Positions 42,041 to 55,913 of a stretch of 64,000 bases of DNA are shown one piece after another (the stretch's first letter is position 1; each line of letters starts with the position of its first letter). A model generated the notes under the pieces. The model was not told where the DNA came from. It was given only the letters and a program-made list of their open reading frames with translations, and ran no database searches. The position numbers were made by a program, and so were the translations under genes. Source of the DNA: Octopus vulgaris (taxonomy: Eukaryota); NCBI GenBank assembly GCA_951406725.2, contig OX597834.1:44392001-44456000 (forward strand), given 5' to 3'.

Positions 42041-42595
42041 TTATTCATCTTTCCACAGGGTTTCACACTCAACACGGAGGCCTACGTCAAGTGTCTGGAG
42101 GATGTAATGCTGCCCTGGACCAAGAGGGTGTCTGCTGGAAGACCCTATGTCTGGCAACAGGACTCTGCACCATGCCACATATGCCACACAACCAGGAGAA
42201 CCCAGTCATGGCTGTCAGACAATTTCTGCGACCACATCATCCATTACATCTGGCCACATAACTCCCCAGACTGCAACCCCCTTGGTTATTATCTGGGGGG
42301 CGCGCATGAGTGACAGTCGAACAAAACACCTTATAACAGTAAAGATGAGGTGAAGGCAAGTATTATGGCAGTATTCACCAACTTAAATAAGGAGACAGGC
42401 GAGAAGATTTGCAGGAGACTCTGAAGTCGTCTGGAGGCCGTGGTTGAAGCCAATGGCGATTTTAGAGAATAAATTTACTCTTTAGTATTTCAAGAAAATT
42501 TTATGTACTTTTGGTAAATATACCTGTTAAAATGAGACGTCAGTGTTATTTTCATTTTTTCGTAATTTAGACAACAGCTTATTCACTGCACCCTG
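42041..42595 (+). mobile_element. DD37D (maT-type) Tc1/mariner 3' relic
   Basis: Peptide YVWQQDSAPCH(ICH)TTRRTQSWLSDNFCDHIIHYIWPHNSPDCNPL(G)YY gives D37D spacing after removing a 3-aa insertion; stop at 42472; terminal attcactgcaccctg TIR. Confidence 0.85.
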
Positions 42596-44160
42596 TGTAT
42601 ATATGTAAATACATACATAATACATACATACATATAAATACAAACAAACATACATACATACATACACACACACATACATATATATATATATGTAATAATA
42701 TATACATATATACATACATATTAAGAGATAGGTAGATAGATAAATAAATAGATTAATAGCTAGAGAAGCATAAAAACAAATATACATGTGTATGAGTGTG
42801 TGCGCACGCGCACGTATGTGTGCACGTGAGTGCGTGTTTGTGTGTACAGTGAACAGAAATTATGTCAATGTCCGCTTAAATATAAACGTGTATAACTGTA
42901 TATAAAATGCACAAACTGTATACATATAATACACACAAGCGCACACAAGCACACACAGGTGTGCGCACACACAAAAACTTGTATATATTAGCACACACTG
43001 ACTACATTCCACTCCAGTAATTCGAAGCTTGTCTTGAAATTCATCAAAGCAAAATTTAATTTCAAATTAAAGAAAAAATATTTTAAAAACCTATTCTGTT
43101 ATTTATATATTTTAGTTCGATGTTTTTGTTTTGAAATAGTTTCTTTATATTTTTTTTTACTTTTGTCATCAACTATTTAAAGGCTGCTCAATAATTACTT
43201 TGAATATCAATTGTTTCCAATTAGATGAACAAAAATGAACTGTAAAATAATTGAGGGGTGAGTAGTGAGGAGGGAAGAGGGGAAAGGAATCGCGAAGAAA
43301 AATAATATATTAAACAAAGAATAAAAGTAAATTTACTTAAAAATATAAATATAAAAGCGAAATTTTAAAACGATGCTTCTCTAAACATTTATTACGATTG
43401 CTTTTGACAAAACAAGAATCACTCAGAATATATCAGACATTAATAAGACCAAGATAAGATTAGCTGTCTCGAAGAGGAAAAAAAAACACAACAACAAAAC
43501 AAGCAGGAAGTGTCTATATTGTATATTTTAACCGGCTTCTTTCCGCCCACTCCACCTCAAAACAAACGAGAAGTAACTCTGCGACATTATGTCTTCGTTC
43601 TTCTTAAATTTTATGCTTTTTATTTTTGTTTTAAATTCCTTCAATATGTTTGCTGAGGAAATGAGATTTTCGGCAAAGAATGTAGTTTGCTAGCTGGACC
43701 ATGTGATCGGTGCAAGTTCGAGAAGAACTGACGAAATATTTGTGTTGGTAACAAGTCTTAATTCATAAACATCATTGCATAGCGTTTCGACTCCGTATTT
43801 TATTTTCGGCGAGACACCGATTAGAGCAACCAGTGACTGCACAATGCCGGGAATATCATAAGAGGCATCCATCTCTCGTCAGTCGTAGAGTTCCACTTTC
43901 AGGTATCTGATGTTGGTGAGTAATTAACCGCTCTAAAATGCATTCATCCATCAGCCTGGTTGGAACGCACTTCGAACTGATCCGCTCTGCATACACTTGT
44001 TTGTCTACATCGATAAATTTTCCCCATCACAAAAGGCAGTGGATGTGTTTCTTACGAGTTCGCATAAGTCCCAAGTATATTTCAGCATGTAACAACATAT
44101 ATATATATATATATCCATACACACACACATACACACATACACAAACAAAAAATACACACA

Positions 44161-44235
<75 letters not shown>

Positions 44236-44236
<1 letters not shown>

Positions 44237-44727
44237 TACGCGTCTGGTTTTTCTGTATTTCACCGTTTGTCCAATGCAAGTATCAAACACTGCTCTTTCT
44301 TGTTTTTTTCTTTTTAAATATTTCCAACTTTTTATTGTCTCATTGTTTTGCAGCAATTGTTGTTCGATGACACAGCTTTAGTAGCGACGTCCCAGAAAAG
44401 CCACAGACTTTGGTCCAAAGTGATAATAGAGTAATAAAGAGAACATCATGAAAGCTATTTTTTTTTTCTCATATGAAATAGTTTTATTACAACTTTCAGT
44501 CTTTGTTATCATTCCTGTCTTCAAAATCACTCGGAAAAGATTGGAAAAAAAAGAATGGCTTCGAAAATGTGTTACTGTCAAGAATGCCACTTTATCTTCT
44601 ATTCTTATGTAAAAATCATTGTTATTGATGTTTTGGTTGTAGAAAACCGGTGAAAGCATAAACGTGATTTTTGCTCATTTTTTAACATCATTTTAAACGC
44701 CCGTGTAATTGGAAGTTAAGAATAAAC

Positions 44728-44801
<74 letters not shown>

Positions 44802-44803
44802 AC

Positions 44804-44836
<33 letters not shown>

Positions 44837-45468
44837 AGATGGAATGTTTTTAACCACTGTGTGGAAACCCTTATGCTAGAATAAGATTCGCTATGGTCTT
44901 AACCACTAAGAATTGTTCTCCAGTAAAAATTTAGCACACAAGAAACGTAAGCGAGCAAGACAAATGAAAAATAACAAAAATATAGATAAATCATAAACAA
45001 TTGTTTCACTATCAACGAGTTATATAATTTTACTTACACAACTTATCTGTAGATCGTCAGTATGATCGTCTATGCAGAATATAATTTGCAGAACTACACG
45101 CCAGATATCAACACGAGGTCGAAATGCATGTAATTCTACCTATTACATTTGCGATTATTATCAAAAGTTTTCGTTTAGGCACACTAGATATATATATATA
45201 CATTTAAAATAACAGGGGGAAAAATTGAATATTATTTTGATTAATATCAATTTAAAACCAGTGGTCTAGCATATTGAAAAATCTGATCCTTCAGAGAAAA
45301 TTATATTACATATAAGAGGGAATGACCACTAAATGGACATCCATTATGCTAGAAGTCGACCCCCTATGGTCTTACCACTAAGAAAGGAATGTTCTCAACA
45401 AAATTCAGCAAACGTCAGAACGTAAGCGAGCAAGACAAATGAAAAGATACAAAATATACAGATTAATC

Positions 45469-45534
<66 letters not shown>

Positions 45535-46048
45535 GCGTCTGGTTTTTCTGTATTTCACCGTTTGTCCAATGCAAGTATCAAACACTGCTCTTTCTTGTTT
45601 TTTTCTTTTTAAATATTTCCAACTTTTTATTGTCTCATTGTTTTGCAGCAATTGTTGTTCGATGACACAGCTTTAGTAGCGACGTCCCAGAAAAGCCACA
45701 GACTTTGGTCCAAAGTGATAATAGAGTAATAAAGAGAACATCATGAAAGCTATTTTTTTTTCTCATATGAAATAGTTTTATTACAACTTTCAGTCTTTGT
45801 TATCATTCCTGTCTTCAAAATCACTCGGAAAAGATTGGAAAAAAAAGAATGGCTTCGAAAATGTGTTACTGTCAAGAATGCCACTTTATCTTCTATTCTT
45901 ATGTAAAAATCATTGTTATTGATGTTTTGGTTGTAGAAAACCGGTGAAAGCATAAACGTGATTTTTGCTCATTTTTTAACATCATTTTAAACGCCCGTGT
46001 AATTGGAAGTTAAGAATAAACCCATATATATATATATATATATATATA

Positions 46049-46122
<74 letters not shown>

Positions 46123-46467
46123 AGATGGAATGTTTTTAACCACTGTGTGGAAACCCTTATGCTAGAATAAGATTCGCTATGGTCTTAACCACTAAGAATT
46201 GTTCTCCAGTAAAAATTTAGCACACAAGAAACGTAAGCGAGCAAGACAAATGAAAAATAACAAAAATATAGATAAATCATAAACAATTGTTTCACTATCA
46301 ACGAGTTATATAATTTTACTTACACAACTTATCTGTAGATCGTCAGTATGATCGTCTATGCAGAATATAATTTGCAGAACTACACGCCAGATATCAACAC
46401 GAGGTCGAAATGCATGTAATTCTACCTATTACATTTGCGATTATTATCAAAAGTTTTCGTTTAGGCA

Positions 46468-46537
<70 letters not shown>

Positions 46538-46802
46538 TTAAAATAACAGGGGGAAAAATTGAATATTATTTTGATTAATATCAATTTAAAACCAGTGGTC
46601 TAGCATATTGAAAAATCTGATCCTTCAGAGAAAATTATATTACATATAAGAGGGAATGACCACTAAATGGACATCCATTATGCTAGAAGTCGACCCCCTA
46701 ATGTCTTACCACTAAGAAAAGAATGTTCTCAACAAAATTCAGCAAACGTCAGAACGTAAGCGAGCAAGACAAATGAAAAGATACAAAATATACAGATTAA
46801 TC
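44236..46802. repeat. near-identical ~1.3 kb tandem duplication
   Basis: Copy 1 44236-45468 and copy 2 45531-46802, each preceded by (TTA)n; they differ mainly in microsatellite length and a few substitutions. Confidence 0.95.
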
Positions 46803-46832
46803 ACAAATCAGGTTTGTGATCAAGTATACATA

Positions 46833-46990
<158 letters not shown>

Positions 46991-47004
46991 GAGTGAAATA
47001 TTAT

Positions 47005-47353
47005 TGTGGACATGCTGGAGCACTACCTTTAATCGAGCAAATCGACCCCAGGACTTATTCTTTGTAAGCCTAGGACTTATTCTATCGATCCCTTATTGCC
47101 GAACCGCTAAGTTACGGAGACGTAAATACACCAGCATCGGTTGCCAAGCGATGTTGGGAGGACAAACACAGGCACACAAACATACGCACACACACATATA
47201 TATATACATATATACAACGGACTTCTTTCAGTTTCCGTCTACCAAATCCTCTCACAAGGCATTGGTCAGCCCGAGGCTGCCACGCAGTGGGACTAAACCC
47301 GGAACCATGTGGTTCGTAAGTAAGCTATTTACCACAGAGCCACTCCTACGCCT
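47005..47353 (-). mobile_element. CORE-like (OR-type) SINE
   Basis: catgctggagcactacc...gggactaaacccggaaccatgtgg...cacagagccactcctacgcct. Confidence 0.85.
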
Positions 47354-47396
47354 AAAATTTTAGACAAACAACTAAAGTAAGACTATTCACTTAACT

Positions 47397-47617
47397 CAGA
47401 GTTTCTCTACCATTTTTTGCCTAAGAACCCCTTTTCATCGGATGGATCTTCATAGCTATTCAATCCTATATTTTAGAATTAAATATTACTAGGAATTTTA
47501 TTTTTAAAAACTTGAAATACCTTGTGTATTGTAGATGTATAAACAATTAATTTCACATAAACTTTAGCCAAAATAAATCTTATAAAGGGTCGTATGCCCC
47601 CTGGTTGGGGACCGCTG
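47397..47617. mobile_element. non-autonomous hAT-like MITE
   Basis: Ends cagagtttctctacc / ggttggggaccgctg; degenerate 8-bp TSD acttaact / agttaacc; internal similarity to 12175-12331. Confidence 0.65.
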
Positions 47618-47962
47618 AGTTAACCGATCAATAGAAATATTTACTCAGTTATACTTACCATGGCAAGCGGCTGAACATTCCGTAAACCCGTTAGTTTTAA
47701 AGTAGTTCTTTCGTGATGAAGCTTCCAAGACACACTATGAAAATCCTAAACATTTGAATTTACAGGTCAAATTTATTTGGTAAGCTTTCAACTGCGCCAA
47801 TCTTGAGTCGATTCGAGGAAAATAACAGAAAATGATTGACCAAGGTGAGACGCACTGAAATCAAACTGGCGACCACGTGATTTCGAAATGGGCAGACTAA
47901 CCATTCGGCCAGCTTGCCAACACACATTTACTCTAATGCACAACATACAAATTTATACATAT

Positions 47963-48338
47963 TTGTTAGCACTCCATCGGTTACGACGACGAGGGTTCCA
48001 GTTGATCCGATCAGCGGAACAGCCTGCTCGTGAAATTAACATGCAAGTGGCTGAGCATTCCACGGACACAAGTACCCTCTCGGGGAGATTCAGCGTGACA
48101 CGCAGTGTGGCAAGGCCGGCCCTTTGAAATAAAGGTACAACAGAAACAGGAAGAAAGAGTGAGGGGAAAGTTGCGGTGAAAGAGTACAGCAGGGTTCGCC
48201 ACCATCACCTGCCGGAGCCTCGTGGAGCTTTAGGTGTTTTCGCTCAATAAACACTCACAACCCCCGGTCTGGCAATCGAAACCGCGATCCTACGACCGCG
48301 AGTCCACTGCCCTAAGTACTGGGCCATTGCGTCTCCAC
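47963..48338 (-). mobile_element. full-length tRNA-derived SINE
   Basis: Minus head gtggagacgcaaTGGCCCAGTAC...GGTTTCGATTGCC; body shared with 5649-5850 and tail shared with 31950-32113. Confidence 0.88.
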
Positions 48339-48714
48339 TATATATATATATATATATACATATATTGCTTTATTATACACACAATTGTTTGTGTGTAAAT
48401 TTATACTTCTATGCATATGGGTGTGTGAGTTTGTGCGCACGTGTGTGTGTGTACAAGTATGCGTATATACGAAATTTGTAGTGAGTGTTCAATTATGTAT
48501 GTAACTATGTATAAATGTATGCACTGTTAATTGCTTATACAACTGCACACATAAATACTTAACACTGCAGCGGAAGTGGATATTTATTTTAACAAATATA
48601 GACATTTCATTTATTAGAAGTATGTTTAGCAGAATCTATCAATGCGTGTTAAAAGTCCTGTGGTTAGCTTTCTTTTTGTCCGTGCCTATATACATATAGG
48701 CCTATATACATATA

Positions 48715-48732
48715 GGCCTATATATATATATG

Positions 48733-48766
<34 letters not shown>

Positions 48767-49018
48767 TGTATGTATGTATGTATGTATGTATGTATGTATG
48801 TATGTATGTGTGTATGTATGTGTGCGTGTGAGGGTGTGTGCTTACGATTGTATGTAAAAATTATGTATAATTTTGCACTTAGTTTTATGCGTGGTTATAT
48901 ATATACACATAAATTCATACACATACATACATACACTCATAAATACATACATACATTACATACATACATACATATATATATATAGATAGATACATACACA
49001 TATACATATATATATATA

Positions 49019-49075
<57 letters not shown>

Positions 49076-49129
49076 GCATATATGTACATATATATATATG
49101 TATATATGTGTGTATATGTATATATACAT

Positions 49130-49164
<35 letters not shown>

Positions 49165-49177
49165 TATATGTATATAC

Positions 49178-49262
<85 letters not shown>
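48715..49262. repeat. (TATG)n/(TA)n/(CA)n microsatellite field
   Basis: Seen directly. Confidence 0.9.
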
Positions 49263-49265
<3 letters not shown>

Positions 49266-49396
49266 TTGACAGTCTTTAATTTCCGGTTTGAAGCAATGTA
49301 TTAATGTCGCTTATCAAAGTAAAATACGACAAAATAAATCAGCACGGAGAGGAGGGGGGGATATCAGAAAGGGAAAGAGAGAGAGACAGAGAGAGT

Positions 49397-49427
<31 letters not shown>

Positions 49428-49710
49428 TGAAAGAAGAGGACAGAAAGGGTGGCAGAGTGTGAAAGAGTGACGTATAAACACACACACACACATACATACA
49501 GACACATGTACAAATACGCACACATCAACACACACATACTCACACACACACACATATATACGCGTATAGACAGACACATACACACATAAGTAGCCATTAA
49601 ATTACAAGCTATTGAATTACTCGTCTTGTTTGTTCATTAATATTCTTACATTTACAAATCATTTTCTTGTTTTATTTCAAGTCTGTAAAGTATATATTTC
49701 CTCACCCCCC

Positions 49711-49748
<38 letters not shown>

Positions 49749-49905
49749 ATCTCTTCACATATTGTTCTTCTTGTTCTGCCGATGATGATCGTACAGCACA
49801 TGTCGTTAACATTCTTCTTGTCTTTTGGATGTTGCTGTCCTCGTCGTATTCTCTTAATTGCAGTCGGTGTTTCATCAGATTCTAGTGGTAATCCTCAAAG
49901 TTTCT

Positions 49906-50688
49906 TATTTCTTTACTGCCCACAAGGGGCTACACACAGAGGGAACCAACAAGGAGAGACAAACGGATTAAGTCGATTACATCGACCCCAGTGCGTAAGT
50001 GGTACTTATTTAATCATCCCCGAAAGGATGAAAGGCAAAGTCGACTTCGGCGGAATTCGAACTCAGAACGAAGCGGCAAACGAAATACCTATTTATTTAC
50101 TACCCACAAGGGGCTAAACGCACAAGGGACAAACAAAGACAGACAAGGGATTAAGTCGATTATATCGACCCCAGTGCGTAACTGGTACTTAATTTATCGA
50201 CCCCGAAAAGATGAAAGACAGAGTTGACCTCGGCGGAATTTGAACTCAGAGCGTAACCGCAGACGAAATACCTATTTCTTTACTACCCAGAAGGGGCTAA
50301 ACACAGAAGGGACAAACAAGGACAGACAAACGGATAAGTCGATTATATCGACCCCAGTGCGTAACTGGTACTTATTTAATCATCCCCGAAAGGATGAAAG
50401 GCAAAGTCGACTTCGGCGGAATTCGAACTCAGAACGAAGCGGCAGACGAAATACCTATTTCTTTACTACCCACAAGGGGCTAAACACAGAGAGGACAAAC
50501 AAGGACAGACAAACAGATTAAGTCGATTATATCGACCCCAGTGCGGAACTGGTACTTATTTAATCGACCCCGAAAGGATGAAAGGCAAAGTCGACCTCGG
50601 CGGAATTTGAACTCAGAACGTAACGGCAGACGAAATACCGCTAAACATTTCGCCCAGTATGCTAACGTTTCTGCTAGCTCGCCGCCTT
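49906..50688 (-). mobile_element. Nin/Deu-domain SINE tetramer (one head, four ~183-bp body units) with TSD
   Basis: Units start near 49906, 50090, 50272 and 50457; 17-bp TSD taatcctcaaagtttct (49889-49905) / taattctcaaagtttct (50689-50705). Confidence 0.92.
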
Positions 50689-51414
50689 TAATTCTCAAAG
50701 TTTCTCTCACATTTTCAAGAAACCAGTGTCCAGAAGTGTGACGTCATTTAGAACCATTTGAATGGATACGTCGATCATATGGCCTGGTGGGTGTAGTAAG
50801 TGACAGTCTGTTGGATTCTATATCTCCTCCTCTAAACTGTTTGTCTGATGCAGAGTTTTTCAGTTTCTATTTCTTTTTCTTTCTCTTTGACAATATTACA
50901 TTCTAGTAAATCTTTTAAAAAGACTTTCTTCCTCGTGAGGGATGTTTCGCAGTTGAAGAAATCTATGTTTTTCTATAAAAGAAACTAAATCCGTGCTAAC
51001 AGTCCTGTCAAGTGTGAATTATTGAATTATTAACCGCATAGAATAATAATTTAACAATTTAACATTACTAGGTAGTAAGCAAAACTAGAAAGTCCAGATA
51101 TAGACATTAAAACTCATATTTCATGTCTAGTGCCTTGTAGCTAGCGGTAGGAGAACATCTGCGTGTTTTATACTGTAGAATAATAGAGTGGTGTAGCTAA
51201 CCCTTTGGAGTAACCGACTTCTGACTCAAAATACCATTACCAAAACCTGACCACTGAATTAGTCTATGAATACAGAAGATCTGTTAAAATTTGAGTTATT
51301 CGTCACATTTCTGAAGGGCTGTCTTCGTGAAACTCATAAAGCCAAGTCCCTGAATCATCAGCTTGCATTAAATGAATGAATGAGCTATAGGATACGTCGT
51401 ATCTATCTGCTATA

Positions 51415-51753
51415 TTGGGTAAAGATCTCCTTCTGGTTATCAATGACCTTGGAATTGCAACCTAAAGAGTTACCCTCCGAGGCACAAGCGCGGGCAAGGT
51501 TCTTTATGGAAGACCAGCAGTTGCCCATGCATACCGGCCTCCTCTCTCCATGCCACCAGTGTTGTCCAAGGGAAAGTCAAAGGCCGATACAGCTTGGCAC
51601 CAGTGACGTTGCAGCTCCCATCCACAGCTGAGTGAACTGGAGCAACGTGAAATAAAGTGTCTTGCTCAAGAACACAACACACAGCTCGGACTGCAAATCA
51701 AACTCACTACCTTATGAGTGTGACACTGACCCTCTAACTACTTAGCTATGCGC
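51415..51753 (-). mobile_element. tRNA-derived SINE
   Basis: Minus head gcgcaTAGCTAAGTAG...GAGTTTGATTTG; body cagctgagtgaactggagcaacgtgaaataaagtgtcttgctcaag; distinct 3' tail. Confidence 0.8.
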
Positions 51754-51975
51754 AATTATTCATGAAGAAGCTTTGAATTATATTTTTAAAGCGGAAAAAA
51801 TCTGAAGGTGTGACGCCATTTTTTTTCTCAATGGAGCATGATTGTCGTGGATGGAGTGAAATGAAATGATATCACATGAAACCACATCGGTGATATACAT
51901 TCCTGAATATTTGTTTCTGAGCACTGATTCTCTCCCCATTCTATACTCAAACACATCATACACGCACACACACAC

Positions 51976-52072
<97 letters not shown>

Positions 52073-52384
52073 AAGATACATTAAAAATCCAAACACGAGT
52101 ACGATACTGAGAAACAGGTAGAAGTTCTAACCTTAATTTCATAAATGTGCATGGTTGTAGATGTATACATGTCCGTATGTGAGTATCATTGTGTGTGTGT
52201 ATGTGTGTTTGTGTGCGAGTGATTGTGTGTGTGTGTGTGAGTGTGTGTGCAATCGTGTGAAGTACATTCAAAGGGAAAATATAATTGACACACACATTCA
52301 TACACGCACGCACATACACACATGTCTATATGTACACAGATACAAAATGTCACTCTCTTAACACCATGTATATATATATGTATG

Positions 52385-52455
<71 letters not shown>

Positions 52456-53106
52456 GTATATGCATACGTATGTACATATACATGTGTGTGTGTGTCTTTG
52501 TGACTCTGTATATATATATGAAGCGAAATAAGTAATAAATTATTGAGAAATGGCGTGTACATTGTTGATATTGTCAATAATGTTTAATATTTGTATTTTG
52601 TACACCATTAAGAACGGTAGATCTGGATATTTGTAGGCAGTATTAAAGCAATCTACTTAAAGTCAGTATGATACAGAGACGCAATTTCTTTAAATTGTTC
52701 AAAGCTCACAGGAAATCATGTTTTCCTTAATTTTCAATTCACTATTTATGTTCTCTGGTATTTCGGAAAAAAGAATTATTTACATAGAAATTCAGGCTTA
52801 CATTTCATGAATTTGCCTGCACACACACACACACACACACACACAGCCATGCTGACAGAAATACGAGGAACGCACGCATGTACGTAGGCATACGCGCACT
52901 CACACGCAATGTATATATGCGCAGATGCACACATGAATATATGTGTATCCGAGTACATGTACATGTGTGAATGTATGTTATATATATATATACATATATA
53001 GACATATATATATGTATATATGCACGTGTAAATATATATTTATATTATGTAATATATATAGTTCATAATATATATGTGTATATATGTATAATGAATACAT
53101 ATATAT

Positions 53107-53176
<70 letters not shown>

Positions 53177-53718
53177 AAAATTAATTAATACGTCAGCTAC
53201 ATTATATTTCCTGCTCGGGAAGTGCAATAGTTTTGATATTCGGGTGAATTTATGCAGGCCGTACTGTGTACGATCCGGTAAACCTTCAGGTTTATATAAC
53301 ATTCCTTCTCTGGGGACAAAAATCATGTCAAAAAAAATTCTCTGACACGGAGGGTTATAATTACGGGTTTTGAAAGTAGTTTGCACCCTTTTCGGCCTAA
53401 CGGGTGAATGGGGTAGAGAAAAAGTTCTACTTATGTAGTAAGTGTATATTTAATGCTGAATTTATGACTTGTGATGGGCTAAAGTCTAATGTATGTTTAA
53501 TTGTGTGTGTAACCCGCTGAAGAGATTGTCCTGCACTTCGGCCACAGAAATTCATCCCGATGCATCATTGCTCTGGAGTTCCAGCCAGTGCGACTGAATA
53601 TTGCTGTATTTGGTCATGAAAATTGAAGTAAGTCACCTAAAAATTTCAGCATTCGTTAAATAAGTGACTCTCACTGAACTGAGCATTCTTTTGTTGCTCC
53701 TACCAATTAATACACACC

Positions 53719-53749
<31 letters not shown>

Positions 53750-53894
53750 TGTATGTATGTATGTATGTATGTATGTATGTATGTATGTATGTATGTATGT
53801 ATGTACGTATACATTGTACACATACACACACAGAAAACATGTGTGTGTGTATATATATATGTATATATGTATGTATGATGTATGTATGTATAGA

Positions 53895-54165
53895 GAAGCA
53901 CTCAGTTGGTTACGATCAACGGAATAGCTTGCCCGTGAAATTAACTTGCAAGTGGTTGAGCACTTCACAGACACGTGTAAACTTAACGTAGTTCTCAGGA
54001 ACTCGTCCGTCTTTAGGTTCTGAGTTGAAATTCCATCGAGGTCAACTTTGCTTTCCATTCCCTCGAGGCCGATAAAATAAGTGCCTATTAAGCACTGGTG
54101 GAGGGTCTATGTAATCGAATTACTATCTTTCATACGAAATCACTGGCCTTATGGCAAAATTTGAA
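53895..54165. mobile_element. fused SINE fragments (minus-strand tail of the 47963 family plus plus-strand Nin core)
   Basis: 53905-54000 matches 48000-48090; 54003-54165 reads ttctgagttgaaattccatcgaggtcaactttgctttccattccctcgaggccgataaaataag. Confidence 0.65.
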
Positions 54166-55446
54166 GCATCTGTTATGTCTGCAGGAAACTAAGAAAAGGT
54201 TCTATAATTCTGTTACCCAGTAATTCAGTAATTGATAATATATAATGTTGGGAGCAAATTAAATTAAATTTAATAAAATTATAATCCAGTTAAAAGCAGA
54301 TAAACATAGGGCGAAAAGTTAAGCAAATGCGGTCGTGGTAACACCAATATTTTAATTAATTAAATTTTAAGTTACACATGCATTGCTGCAAAAAGTGTAA
54401 ATATTAAACTAATATGAATTCATTCTCATATTTATTCAGCTGGCTGGAAATTCCAGGTATGTTTCTATCAAATTTAACCTCCTCAGCCAAGCATAGCATT
54501 TAGAAGATCTTATCAAGTACAAAGAGATGTTCACGATGTCTTTCGACTAACTAACATAAAGATGATGTGATATTTCCTTGGAACACTATCTGCCTGAAAC
54601 AATAATAGTTAAGTAAGTGCTAGCACACTTAACGTAATGAGCAACATAATGTAAAGCGCAAAAATTAAATTGATTGAAATTGCATTAACAAGAACGATAC
54701 TTGCTGGGATTTAGAGCCATGAGCCATGAATACTCGGATTAGATTAAATTAATATCTGTACAGAAGCATCATATTTTGATTAATTAACATTCGGAGTTTT
54801 CTTCGATTTTTATTGACCAGATTTAATTAAGTCTATATTCTCGTCTCTGAAACGTATTTCTGTTCATTTTTTTCTTATCGTGAACTTAAATATGTTAGCA
54901 CTTAACTATATTAAAATTGATTTCAATGGCCAGGGCACATAGCAATTATTAATGAACATGGAGCATCATTATATATTATACATGACTTTTGCATGCATAT
55001 TTATTACTATGTTAAAGAAAACTGAAGCCAATTAATTGAACTGTTAGATTCTACCGGTATAGTATTCCCTGCAGATTTACGGATGATGAATAGTCGCATA
55101 ATGGATTCGGCGAGACTCACAGATTTATTCGTTTTCACAGAATAGGAAGCTCGAATTTTAAAAGATGTTAGAATCAAAACTACAAGATTATGAAACATTC
55201 GTTTGTTTAACAATGCTGCCACTGCAGAGAAGAAACGATTTATAAGTGAGAGGAGGACATTTCTACGAAACTAGACGAGGCCATCTTAAACAATGACATT
55301 TTGTATAATGTGAGTGTGAGTGCTCTGTGCTTACTAAAGGACGATGAAAGTCTCGGATGAATGTTACGGATCAAAGACTTGCGTCACCAAGCCCGAAATC
55401 CAATTGCAAACAGCAAAAAGTAGTACCAGTATAGAACTGTGCGGAT

Positions 55447-55612
55447 AGGCGCAGGAGTGGCTGTGTGGTAAGAAGCTTGCGCTTCCTGACCACATGGTTC
55501 CAGGTTCAGTCCCACTGCATGGTACCTTGGGCAAGTGTCTTCTACAAAGCCTCGGGCCGATCAAAGGCTTGTGAGTGGATTTCGTAGATGGAAACGGAAA
55601 GAAGCCCGTCGT
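55447..55612 (+). mobile_element. CORE-like (OR-type) SINE 5' half
   Basis: aggcgcaggagTGGCTGTGTGG...GGTTCAGTCCC...ccttgggcaagtgtcttctac. Confidence 0.85.
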
Positions 55613-55763
55613 ATATATATATATATACAAAGTAAGGGGGTTTAGTTCGTACGCGATCTAAACGATTAGGTACGCTAGGTAAGTGCTGTAACAGATTACT
55701 AGGTCTCCAAGTTTATAGCCGAGACGGTAGTTACGGATCCCTCGCAAATTTCCAATGAAGTGG

Positions 55764-55913
55764 ATATATAATTGTTAAAGAGGACAACACACATTAAGGC
55801 AAGGCAAACATCTCAAGTCGTATTCAGTTTTATTATTGGAAAAATAATATTGAATACGCTTTGAGATGTTTGCCTTGCCATAGTGTTTGTTGTCCTCTTT
55901 AACAATTATATAT
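55764..55913. repeat. 150-bp inverted repeat / foldback (MITE-like)
   Basis: atatataattgttaaagaggacaacacac...ggcaaggcaaacatctcaa...cgtattca pairs with tgaatacg...ttgagatgtttgccttgcc...gtgtttgttgtcctctttaacaattatatat. Confidence 0.9.

Noticed and set aside
43495-43925. ETS/GC-box promoter-like motifs and a GTGAGT splice donor at 43916
   Set aside because: No sustained ORF or recognisable protein; cannot be distinguished from chance without transcript data.
49906-50688. CRISPR-like repeat array
   Set aside because: Units are whole ~183-bp tandem SINE bodies with no unique spacers; the DNA is eukaryotic and has no cas genes.
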